Source: Octopus bimaculoides
Taxonomy: Eukaryota
Direction of reading: 5' to 3'
Length of the DNA stretch: 64,000 nucleotides
Assembly (NCBI RefSeq): GCF_001194135.2
Contig: NC_068983.1
Coordinates: forward strand, 64,020,404 to 64,084,403
The notes beneath the pieces are model-generated. The model searched no databases, was not told the origin of the DNA, and was given only the letters and a program-made list of their open reading frames with translations. Shown here one piece after another: positions 38,430 through 50,139 of this stretch (positions are counted from its first letter, which is position 1; every line of letters starts with the position of its first letter). Position numbers and translations under genes: made by a program.

Positions 38430-38595
38430 GGCGCAAGAGTGGCTGTGTGGTAAGAAGCTTACCTCCCAGCCACATGGTTACGGGTTCAATTCCACTGCGT
38501 GGAGCCTTGGGCTCGTGTCTTCTGCGATAGACTCAGGCCAACCAAAAACTTGTGAGTGGATTTGGTAGACGGAAGCTGAAAAAATACTGTCATAC

Positions 38596-38634
<39 letters not shown>

Positions 38635-38841
38635 CATATATTTGTATGTCTGTGTCCCCCTACCAACGCTTGAGACCCGACGTTTGCATGTTTACATCCC
38701 TGTAACATAGCTGTTCAACAGAAGACTCCGATAGGACAAATACTAGGCTCACAAGGAATAAGTCCTGGGGACAATTTGTTCGATTAATGGCGGTAGTGCA
38801 GCAGGGCCGCAGTCAAAATGACTGAAAGAAGAGAATAAAAG
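38430..38841 (+). mobile_element. SINE family 1 copy, full length
   Basis: The head GGCGCAAGAGTGGCTGTGTGGTAAG...GGTTCAATTCC has A and B boxes, there is an internal (TG)n, and the tail is GCCGCAGTCAAAATGACTGAAAG. Confidence 0.9.
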
Positions 38842-38853
38842 TATATATATACA

Positions 38854-38946
<93 letters not shown>

Positions 38947-38956
38947 ATAATTATTA

Positions 38957-39429
38957 TTGGTATCCAGAAGACCCAAGGTGGCAGGTAACGCTATGTAAGT
39001 GCTATGGAAGGACCGTAGTTAAACTCTCAGTTAGATAATGATGCGAGTGACGAGTCTAATGCGGGTCTTGTATGAGCATGTATATGTTAAATAAAATGAG
39101 AGAACAAAGCCACGGCTGTGGAATTTTCATGACATTTATAAAGAGAAACTTAGTCTTACAGCTGTTTCTAGGATATTAGTGATATCCCTTCATCAGAGAC
39201 GATGTGAGATGGTTAAATAGAGGGAAATATTAGAGTTCAATATAAAGAGTGTCCTGAAAATTCCACACATCCATGGCTTTGTTGTCTCATTTTATTTACC
39301 ATGTATATGTTCAAACAAGACCCACATTAGACTCCTCACCCGTATCATTATCGAAGTGAGAATTTAACTACGGTCTTTTCATAGCACTCACATAGCGTTA
39401 CCTGTCACCTTGGGTCTTCTGGATGCCAA
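38957..39429. repeat. Long inverted repeat: arms 38957-39133 and 39251-39429 (~177 bp) with a ~117-bp spacer; inverted pseudo-LTR at the 5' end of the PLE
   Basis: The left arm TTGGTATCCAGAAGACCCAAGGTGGCAGGTAACGCTATG... matches the reverse complement of the right arm, TTGGCATCCAGAAGACCCAAGGTGACAGGTAACGCTATG... (~85-90% by eye). The reverse complement of the spacer matches 42236-42400. Confidence 0.95.
39153..39200 (-). ncRNA. Type I hammerhead ribozyme, intact core
   Basis: Minus-strand RNA: GUCU-CUGAUGA-A-GGGAUAU[CACUA]AUAUCCU-A-GAAA-CAGCUG-UA-AGAC. Stem I is 4 bp, stem II is 7 bp, stem III is the palindrome CAGCUG, and the triplet is GUA. Confidence 0.85.
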
Positions 39430-41301
39430 TACCTCTCATGCCTTTGCTTCCTTGCTACTATAAGCACATATTACAAGTAACGCTTATATAATGGATAAGC
39501 AATTCTTTGATATATCTCTTAAGGACATATCCATTCTTTCACCAAAAAAGTTTCCTCTTACTCCTACTCACCAAAGCTAAGGACCTCATCCTAAGAATGT
39601 GGTGGAAAGACTTCTTCCACGACAGCCGTAACAACCTGAGCGATAATAGCATCAATACATACAAACTTCGATCCTATAAACACTCTCTGCACAATGCCCA
39701 GCTCGACAAATTTGAAGCTGATATACTTCATAAGATTTGGAACATTAAATTCTCTAAATATAAATCCCTCTTCCAAAAAAACAAATTTCACATACCCTAA
39801 AACGGATAACTTCATCACGTGAATTGCACGTCTCCTCTGATAGAACGGGAAATATGTACCATATTATCATCAAGGAATACAACAAATTCATCAAGAAGGA
39901 ACACCACAAGTCTTATAAACTGGCACTGATATCTGCCCTTGACAACATCAAAAGCTAAGACAACTAACAATAACAGGCCATATTATCCCTCTCCAATTTC
40001 TAAAAATAAAGATAACACTACCCCTAATCAACAAAAAAGCGGTGGACACTCTATTCTATGGTATACACCCCACTTCTCACTAAACGTTAAGAACTTAGCT
40101 GAATCCTTTTTTAATATACTGGAGTCCAACCTCCCTCGTCAATATAAATATTAGTCTATCTTTATTAGATCTACCTTAAAGCTATCCTACTCCTCCCCAC
40201 CCAATTTTGAATCTATCATTACAGTGTCTATTAAACGAAAACTTTCTAATATAAAAACTTACACAGTAGCAACTCTGAATATACGAGTGCCCAACATATA
40301 CGTAGCTTCAATATCGAACACCATACTTTAGACCACAACGAAAACCCAACCAATCCCAATAACATTAACCAGAATACTACTACCTCAACTTCCACCACTA
40401 TTACAGAGAGGATAAATAACAACAATTATAGAAATGTTAATGATGATACTAATAATAATGTTAATAACATAGACTAATCTACCCGGCTCTCTAACCTCTC
40501 TTCTGACAGTATTACCCCCTCCATTCCTGAGAATACTACCCACAATACACTACCATATAACTGCCGTCCTGGGACTATCTGACTTCTACAAACCCATTGC
40601 AGTAGGTTTAATGTAACTTATAAATGCAGCGTGCTCAACACCTTACACAATTCTACAACTATAACTATATATATAGGGTCAATTAAACATTTTAAACAGC
40701 GATACGCTGCGCATCTCTATTAATTTAGATACGAGAAATACAGTAAATCCACAACACTCGTAAGTCTCATACATCATATCAAAAATAGAAATACTCCCTA
40801 CATTTTGTCAAGGTCAACGCTTAGCCTGTAAATTATGCCTAAAAGAGGCATTCCACATATTAAAACACGGCACTTCAATACTATAAAATAGATATCATGA
40901 CACCCTAGGTACATGCAGCCACTTTTTTTTTTTCATACCTTAAAATTTTACCTCAAATCTAAATGCAACCTAAATAACTACAGAACACATATCCCGAATA
41001 CCCCTTAAACAATCCCCAACAACCCTATTTGACTTTCCATTAATTTTTTAACTCTCCAATCTTGTTTTAATTGCTTAATACTACATATATGGACATGCAT
41101 ATGCGTACGTATGCGGATGTATGTGCGTATGTATATGTATATGTGTGTTTGCGTGTATATGTACGCACGTGTATGCGTATATGCATATATTTATGGGTAT
41201 ATTTATGGGCGTGTCTGCATATATATATATGTCTATGTATGTGTGTGTATATATATATATATATGTGTATACATGCGAATGTATATGCATATATGTGCAT
41301 A

Positions 41302-41387
<86 letters not shown>

Positions 41388-42400
41388 CATGCGTACGGGT
41401 TTAAATACACAAGTAAGCAGGACTATATAATAGCGCATACACATCCACATATATGTATGTACATGTGTGAGCGCGGGCGTATATCGATATACGCTTCTTT
41501 CTTTCCCTCTCTCTGATTACTCAACCCAGACTATCACATTACCCAGTAGAATAAACACATAAGTCTATTTGTAGAAGCTTGAGCATTCTTAGTAGTCTTT
41601 CCTTCCATTTTGAGGTTTACTACTCACTATAGAGGCACGCCTCCTATACCATTTTCTGTACGTATCTGTTATTGCCATTATAGCATATCACTCCCACCCA
41701 ACACATATTCATTACTTACATTCTCATCTCTCCTACTCCTCCCCTACTCCTCTCCTTTCCCCCTTCATAATATATTGACCATCAACTAACACTCCACTTG
41801 TCACATTCTTCACTCCCCTTTTCTCTTTTTGTTTTCATTTTATTTTCCTTTTTTAACTTTTTCTTTCCGTTTTCTTTTCTCACCTTTTCCTTTGAACTCT
41901 CTGCTTATTTTAACATACACATCGCTTCTCCCTTCTCTATCCATTTAATACTACTACTACACTCTCAAATGTCCTTTCATACCACAAGAACCCTTTGAAT
42001 GAACAGCATATCAAATCCTCATCTCTACACTTTCTATTTGTAATGACAAAATATGAACCCATATCGGAATTTACATAGTACAGACACGAAACATTTCTAC
42101 CACTTCTACACACCACTTTCCTTGGATTATGGAACTGTATCTATAACATCTTTATATATTTTTATTTTTATTTCTACTTTCACTTTCTTATTTCCCTATA
42201 TACTCCTTGTTTCCTTCCTATTCCAAATAATTCCTTATATTGAACGCTAATATTTCCTGCGATTTAACTATCTCACATCGTCTTTGATTAAAAGGGATAT
42301 CGCTAATATCACAGGAACAGCTGTAAGACTAACTTTCTCTTTATAGATGTCCTGAAAATACCACACAACCTTGGCTTTGTTGTCTCATTTTATTTAACAA
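39245..42400 (+). mobile_element. Penelope-like element, RT core deleted, with 3' pseudo-LTR at 42236-42400
   Basis: The N-terminal region reads FEADILHKIWNIKFSKYKSLFQ and HVSSDRTGNMY...YNKFIK...SYKLA. It then jumps to ILWYTPHFSLNVK...SIFIRSTLKLSYS and a GIY-YIG region, YIGSIKHFKQRYAAH...KSTTL...CKLCLKEAFHI (~40670-40865). A (TA)n-type expansion at 41070-41500 interrupts the 3' region. Confidence 0.88.
42280..42329 (+). ncRNA. Hammerhead ribozyme, decayed copy in the 3' pseudo-LTR
   Basis: GTCT-TTGATTA-AAAGGGATAT[CGCTA]ATATCAC-A-GGAA-CAGCTG-TA-AGAC has the same scaffold as 39153-39200 but a mutated core. Confidence 0.75.
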
Positions 42401-42737
42401 ATATATATATATATATANNNNNNNNNNNNNNNNNNNNNNNNNNNNNNNNNNNNNNNNNNNNNNNNNNNNNNNNNNNNNNNNNNNNNNNNNNNNNNNNNNN
42501 NNNNNNNNNNNNNNNNNNNNNNNNNNNNNNNNNNNNNNNNNNNNNNNNNNNNNNNNNNNNNNNNNNNNNNNNNNNNNNNNNNNNNNNNNNNNNNNNNNNN
42601 NNNNNNNNNNNNNNNNNNNNNNNNNNNNNNNNNNNNNNNNNNNNNNNNNNNNNNNNNNNNNNNNNNNNNNNNNNNNNNNNNNNNNNNNNNNNNNNNNNNN
42701 NNNNNNNNNNNNNNNNNNNNNNNNNNNNNNNNNNNNN

Positions 42738-42769
<32 letters not shown>

Positions 42770-42772
<3 letters not shown>

Positions 42773-44965
42773 GTACTATTCTGTAATGGAATGAGCAACG
42801 AAAAGGTACTCAATATGCAGAGCGATAAATATTATTTATTTATTGTACTTCGGGCCCATGTTTTTCCATTCCAAGTGTAGTACGATGGAATCTGTGGATA
42901 CGAATGGATCAGCTTGACATATCTTGAAGAATGCAATGACCGTGCTATCCCTTGGTTCCTCTGCCAATAGAGAAGCATTAGCATCGGTGAAGTACAGTCT
43001 TTGACCGTTTTCCAGGTGCACTACAAGCTGTTGAATGGCGAGGTGTTCTTGTTGAAGTGGAAAGCAAAATATACGCCCGAAAGCCTCGTAGCTACTTATG
43101 TACCGTCCGACCTGAGAGTGCGTCATCTCATCCTGACAGTACTCTTGTTGAAGTCCAAACATTGCAGCGTCAGAACCTTTGTTCACATACTTACAAACGT
43201 ACTTTATGGACTTAACGGAGTTTCAAAATTCAACGTTGATATGGACATTGAAAGTCTTTGACATGAGTGAGCAGTTGGTAACAATCATTCTATTATCAAC
43301 CTCGTGCTGTCCGATAGTTGCTGTGAAACCGCCGTCTTCTGGTTTTCTCCGTATGTATGATGGATACCCATCAGCACCTTTCTTGTAGGAACCTCCTTGG
43401 AAACCTTTCTAAACATACGCTGTCATTCAAGCATGGTGAGTCTATGTTGAATTCACGCCCACATGGACCATGCACCATGTTTGCTTTAACTATTTCGTAT
43501 AGTACTTTGTCTAAACCTAGATCAGGAAGATCTGTAGAGATTATCTTGTCGATGTCAGTGGATTTGATTCTCGTTGAGAGTCAGTAGGATATGAACATGC
43601 GGAAGGCCGCTGTTTTGCCATTCGATTGAGTACGTGTCACATTGTATGGGTTTGAAGACTTGCCCTTTTGTATGAACTCCATGAGAGTGATTAACTTCAG
43701 ATGGAAAACTCAGGCGAGGAGGTCATGCCTGTCTTTAGGCTTTTGACCGAAAAAGAGTTCGACCTGAATCTCCTTCTACTTGGGATTGCATGTGAAAGTT
43801 ATGAACAAATCAGGCCTGTCGTAATGGTGGACAGGTCTGTAGGCACGCATTAATGAAGAAGCAAAAAAAATATCGGTAAATTTCAATGCGTCCACTGGCA
43901 CTCGTTTCCGTAAGGAAAAGGGGAAAAACTGGGACTGTTTTCGTTCGGTATCAATTATCCTCTTTCCTAATTGTTAATGAAAGAAATTGAAAAAAAAGTG
44001 ATTGAAGCAATGTAAAAGATTGCTGGGTGACCGCATTAGGGAAGAAGTAAGAAATTATTTTGAAAGAAGTGAAAATGTAAAAATTTGGAGTAGGGACAGA
44101 GAATTGAAAATGAAAGATATTATTTTTGCATAATTGGAATATCTGTCATGGAAAACATAGGAATCCGCTGGAAAAAAGAAAAGTGTTGGGAATTGGTATG
44201 CAGGTGAACTTGTAAACATTAACCAATTTGATTGGTATTTGTAGCACGTCGTGCTACCACTAAGCAGGGATTTGTGAAAAGCTGTTACATGGTAACAGCG
44301 CGTGCTAGAAATAGCAGCCAAATCTTTCATATTTCCTTAGTGAAACGCGTGTGGCTGCATTTATGGAAATTGATGCAATTTACAAATGAAAAAGGTTACG
44401 TACCGAATTCAGCAAAATGAATGAATGTATTGATCAGTAATGCTTTGATAGAGCAATGTAGTGAAAGACAAGACAAGAGATATGGTAAGAGGAAAGGAGA
44501 CAGCGATTATGAATTGCGTTCCGAATGTTGGTTGCCTGGACATGAATTTTGTCGTATTTATAAGAAAGCAGACAGCTAGAAGGATGAAGATATCAGTGGT
44601 GCTATAGTGGTGTGGAGTCATTTGAACTCACCGTGCGCCAGGAAGGCTAGAGGTAAAGTGGATGACAATATATTTCACTTCACAAGGTAGCATGTGGTTA
44701 ATGTCTGTTACTATCTTCCATTGTCAAGTAGTGAGAAGTAAGTCTTACTTCCCCTGTCGTGGGAATGAAATGAGAATGAGATGTAAGGGGACAATGTTTC
44801 TGAGATTCCGGTTCGAATGTAAGGTCTGAAAGGTTTCCCAACAGTTATTAGTAGTAGTGGTAGACTGTTTATTACAAATATGTATGCATTGATGTGTAAA
44901 ATTTGAATGAAGTCAGTCGGGTAGTTCTCGAGGTTTAGACAAACTGACAGAAACCACTTTCTCAT

Positions 44966-44970
<5 letters not shown>
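42770..44970 (-). mobile_element. Helitron remnant (Rep domain at ~42840-43860, plus 5' non-coding region)
   Basis: Minus frames give Rep motifs RPDLFITFTCNP (I), EWQNSGLPHVHILL (II) and IKYVCKYVNKGSD (III), plus MVHGPCG, HINVE and GRYISSYEAFGRIF...VHLENGQRLYF. The putative 5' end at ~44970, (TA)nAAAGATGAGAAAGTGG...CTCGAGAACTAC...TTCATTCAAATTTTACAC, resembles animal Helitron termini. The helicase and 3' CTAG were not seen. Confidence 0.9.
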
Positions 44971-45010
<40 letters not shown>

Positions 45011-45029
45011 TGTATATATTTATGTATGT

Positions 45030-45765
45030 ATATATATGTCATTATTCAGTTTATTTCAAGATTTCTTGCCAATATCGAACCGCTTTCTAACCGAGATACA
45101 AGGCTTCTTCATTGGAATTTCAACTTCAACAGCGGTATTTTTGTTTGTTTGTATGTATGTATGTATGTATGTATGTATGTATGTATGCATGTATGTATGT
45201 ATGTATGTGCAAATTTTTATGTTTTATGTATGTATTCCCATGCATATACTTGCATATTTAGACATGCTGATATATATTTCAATGATAAACTTCTGGAGAG
45301 TTTTACAGTTCCAGTGAAGGATTAGATCTGTAGTCTGCGGATTAGCCCTCTCCTTTCTGATTATGAGAAGCCTAATTTCTCATGATTAGTATTTAGGCAG
45401 TGTGTTACATATCCCAGAGCCTTGGGATATGTTCTCTTTTCACTGATCTTCAGCTTTATGCTAACATCCGCTGGGCAGCTAATTTCCACAACTATGCACA
45501 GTTTCTCTTGTCTGTCCCAAATCATCATATCAGGTGTGTTGTGCTTACATTATATTGAGGTCTTCACTGGTACATTCCACCGGTATTCCTTTTTATTATG
45601 AGTGGCTATGCCTTCTACCATAATGAGGGTTCTTTGCCTTCGGGATTATCCTTCCGGTGGATTTCATTACAGTGTCCTAGCTGCAACGTCATGTATCATC
45701 GGTAGATAATAACGTGATAACATTTTTGGACAACCGCTTATGATGTGGGTGGTATTTTTAGTGTG
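45030..45765 (-). mobile_element. RLE non-LTR retrotransposon 3' fragment, a different family from the Dong-like copies
   Basis: With frameshifts the minus strand gives HIISGCPKMLSRYYLPM.HDVAARTL, a degenerate HN(T)PDMMIWDRQEKLCIVVEISCPADV, and ALGYVTHCLNTN.EKLGFS..ERRGLIRRLQI. A (TATG)n tract lies in the 3' UTR. Confidence 0.8.
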
Positions 45766-45863
45766 AACTCCACAAAGTCTGCATCGGTTGTCACACTTTA
45801 CGACTTTACCTCATCTCTATCTCTTTTGTGCATCTCTATTTCTTTACCTGCATCTCTATCCCT

Positions 45864-45902
<39 letters not shown>

Positions 45903-47151
45903 ATGTATGTATGCATGCATGTATGTATGTATGCATGTACTTACATGTGTGTGTAGCACGCTGTGTATATGTGTAAGCAGAAAGATATCTTGGTAAATAT
46001 TGAGGAAGGACTATGAAATAGCGCGTAATTGTGTGTTTAGTGTATTTGTGCTTGTTTTTGTAAAAAGGAAGCAAAGAGCGGAATTAAATTTATTGAAATT
46101 GCATTTGTTTGGAAGAAGATACACATTTCAACAACGTCATTATGAGATGCTATCTCTGTACAGAAACCAAATCTCTATTTCTATGATCTGTAGCATATTG
46201 TGTAGATTTTAAAATATTGATTTCTATTCTAAATTTTAAATTTTATCTTGTTGGATGTGACTTTTTTGCATATATAAATAGGAAAAAAAAATATTTAAAA
46301 TCCTGATTGAATTAACTCCTCATAGTTTAAATGCAAAATGTTATTAGATATTACATGAACCAAAAAGGAAAGTAATTTATAGTTAATGCATTTTTTCTGT
46401 TATGCAAGTCTTTTTAAAACTCTTTTCTTTTACTTATTACTTAATGTCACTCGCACCATTTCGAAAGACAGTCAGCTCCAGACTCCAATAAACAGTCCAA
46501 AGTTATATGAGATTAAAGAATAAATAAATAAATAATTAAATAAATAAAAAATAAAAGAAGGCAACCGAACTTAGCGCTTTGGCTACAATTTAATAATCTA
46601 TTTCACGGATCGTTGACTGAACTCTGAATGTTATTTTTACTTTCTTTAAATCTAATTCTTTTCGTATTTCCATTTAGACTCATGTTTCTGCAGTAGTCTT
46701 GAGCAGCAGCTGTCCGAGTGTTGACGACTACTGAAATAAAGAAGTCATAGCGATTCATATTCCTGATACAATCTCTCTCAGTTGAACTACGTGATAATAA
46801 GTATTATATTCATACAGACTCACTAATCTGAAGATCATTGAAAGAGTAACGTTATTACGTTGTTACTATTTGTACTGCGAAAGGCCACTGCTTTGCTTTT
46901 CATAGAAGATGGTACCGTACTATATGATTATGAAGCGGAAACAAGAATACATTTTAAATAGGACAAATCTTTGAGTATACAACTCTGACCTTGGAGAATT
47001 AAATTTGCGGTGGTCAGTATAAATTAGATGCATATATTTCTCTAATATTTGTTGTGTCGTTTGTAGTTATGTCGTGTCAGCATTGTTTTCATGAACGATT
47101 GAAGCTCGTCGTAGTTTATTTTCTCTTTTTACTGTATGTTTGATCGCTATA

Positions 47152-47321
47152 GGCGCAGGAGCGGCTGTGTGGTGAGTAGCTTGCTTACCAACCACATGGT
47201 TCTGGGTTCATTCCCACTGCGTGGCACCTTGCTTGGACAAGTGTCTTCTACTATAGTCTCGGGCCGACCAAAGCCTTGTGAGTGGATTTGGTAGACGGAA
47301 AACTGAAAGAAGCCCGTCGTA

Positions 47322-47378
<57 letters not shown>

Positions 47379-47585
47379 GTTTGTGTATTTGTGTTTGTCT
47401 CCCCAATACCGCTTGACAACCGATGCTGGTGAGTTTACGTCCCGTAACTTAGCGGTTCAGCAAGAGTGATCAATAGAATAAGTACAAGGCGTCCAAAGAA
47501 TAAATCCTGGGGTCGATTTGCTCGACTAAAGGCGTTGCTCCAGCATGGCCAGTCAAATGACTGAAACAAGTAATAGAGTAAAATA
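47152..47585 (+). mobile_element. SINE family 1, best-preserved full-length copy (tRNA-like head, internal (TA)n(TG)n)
   Basis: GGCGCAGGAGCGGCTGTGTGGTGAGTAGCTTGCTTACCAACCACATGGTTCTGGGTTCATTCCCACTGCG, with A and B boxes. Five other copies occur in the window. Confidence 0.92.
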
Positions 47586-48934
47586 GTAAGATACTATTAT
47601 TTGGTCCGAGCTCGATATTCCTATATCCGTTGATACGAGGAATTTTCACTCGTCTTTTTCGCCGCTGCATATATTATTTCGTGTAACATAGCCATATTGA
47701 TGCGTAATTCTGCTTTGAAATGATTTGCTTTGTTCTTATTGTTGTTCCAATTTCAGCGCTTAATTTTATCTACGTGAAGTACATTTATTGACCGATAGGA
47801 AGATATACTGTTATCAAATTATTTAATTATTTTTATACCTAGAATTTCTATTCGACTCTTTTACATTTGTGCATTTTGTTTTCATGTTTCAGCTCTTTAT
47901 CACGCTCATAATATTTAGTTGTTCTAGTATCCAAATTTTCGGTGCACTTTGTTAACTATTTGCTAGCTGTCTAATAGTTAAGAATTCAAATATATGTCAT
48001 ATGAAGCAAAACACCACTAGAACTCATACTCTTTAAACTCGAACAGCACTGTGACTAACGATTTCTCATGGTAGAATTATATCCTTACCATAGTTTGACG
48101 TCATTTTTGAGGATAGTCCTGTATAAGGCCAGACAATTTATTCCAGCCACCAAGAGCTGCTGAAAATCTACAATCTCTGTGAAACTATGAATGGAGTACT
48201 GAGATTGGACTGTTTCTATAAAGATGATATCATGAATCATGTGCAAAACCAGACCATTAAAATTATCGGCCTTCAGAAACTAACGAACAAATTACAGTCT
48301 CCGACCAACAACTATGCTGTGTTTTGAATCACTTGGTTCTGTTCCTTGGAATTTGCTGGTCTCGCACATTCACTACTAACACACTTCCCATCTAGTTCTC
48401 GCTCGATCATTCATCATCCTTGGGCATTCACCCCTATTTCTGCCTTCTATGCACTATGTTCAATCAGTTATCTCCCGAGCATTGGTCAGCTCTTAATTAG
48501 GAAGCATGCATAAACAGAGTCAATGTTAAGAATTTCTGCGTGAAAAGGTCTTGAGACAGTTTAAGTATATCAACGTGTTTTCTTAAACGTTCCTATTTTT
48601 AGGGAACTTTTGAAAAAACCTTGCAAAAATAACTGTTTAAATCTACAGTTGTCGCAGTTAAAACGGGTTGTCACATTGCTTAATGGCTATAATTTATTTG
48701 GTCCAACAGTTCAGTTAATGTTATACCTTAGAGTTTCAGCTCACGTGTAGCCAAAACGATAATCTTTATGTATTGCTATTGAGATAACAGGCAGCTGTCA
48801 ATTTATTCGTGAACAATGGTAGCAGGTTTATTATGTTCGACAAGCTATTGCGTGTTAAGTTTCTATATGTTTAACTTATCATTCTCCAGAGCAGTTGGAA
48901 TTTCATCTATCTACTAGGGGCGAGAGAGAAAGAA

Positions 48935-49009
<75 letters not shown>

Positions 49010-50139
49010 GAGAAACAGAGAAACAGAGAGATGGAAATGGAGAATATACTTTTTGTTTTGTAAGCCTGTACCTAGAGTTATTGTGGGACAGTTTAATACA
49101 GTGTGGTGCATTCTCTAAGGAAACAGACGATGTTGGCCAGCTTATGATACACCACTTTTATTTTTATTTTTTATATTTTTGAGGCATTGGGCACCGACTA
49201 TGCTGGAGCAACATTTTGAAAAGTTTCACTCAAACACATCTCATCCCTCCCATACTGGTTATGCTGGTTGTCCTGCAGTGTTGTGGTTTAAGACGACAAA
49301 CAGGCAAAAAGACACATAAACAGACACAGAGACAACTCACAGACAAACTCACGAACAATCGCGCATGCGCGCAGAAACACACACACACACTCTCACACAC
49401 ACATATCATTTAATATTTACAGTATACGAGCGACATGGCATCTAATGAACACTACGTACGAGCGACTAATAACTTTTTATGTGAAGACACATGTCTAGGT
49501 AGGTGTTATAATATGCCTTGTTTCATCACGCAATCCCCTCGTTCCAAGCTTGTACAAGCAATGCTAAAAGACCTGTTCAGATATGCATTAGGAGCAAGAC
49601 AGTATTAGTAACTCGTATCTTTATACTGTGTACATCATATGATATATATACAATAGAAGTTGAAAATGTACTGAGAATAGTTAATTTTGCTTTTATAATC
49701 TATAATTATTTAAGCGGTTTCACAGTTTACACTGATTGTCCAAAGTTGAGATAGTAAGACGTGGGTTATGCCGCAGCTGTCTTCCTTCTGAGTAGCGTTT
49801 GAAGCTTGTCCAATTTTTATAAGACATGTGAACGCGGAATTACCCATCGGAGAATTTTACAGAGCGTGTAAAAACTAATAGTAGCCATAGACGTTAAATA
49901 CTTATCGAAATGGTTCACCGTAACATGGAACATAACGGATAGTCACCACGGTGTCTGCACTGATAATATATCCCTCTAAACTCACATTATTATTATGTTG
50001 TTTTTGTCTTCTTTCTTCAAATTTTCTTCCATTTCTCGCCGAGTGTTTTCCGTATACTAGGGCAGAGAAGTTCATTGTATGCATTCCCAGTTTTCACACG
50101 CAAATTCAGAGGTAAAATATGTATTTTTAAAAAAATAAT

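Noticed and set aside
46590-46790. Minus-strand open stretch (RDCIRNMNRYDFFISVVVNTRTAAAQDYCRN...)
   Set aside because: The length is within chance expectation and no homology was recognised.
46820-46850. CTGAAGA-TCATT-GAAA
   Set aside because: No stem II, and flanks are not complementary. A chance match.
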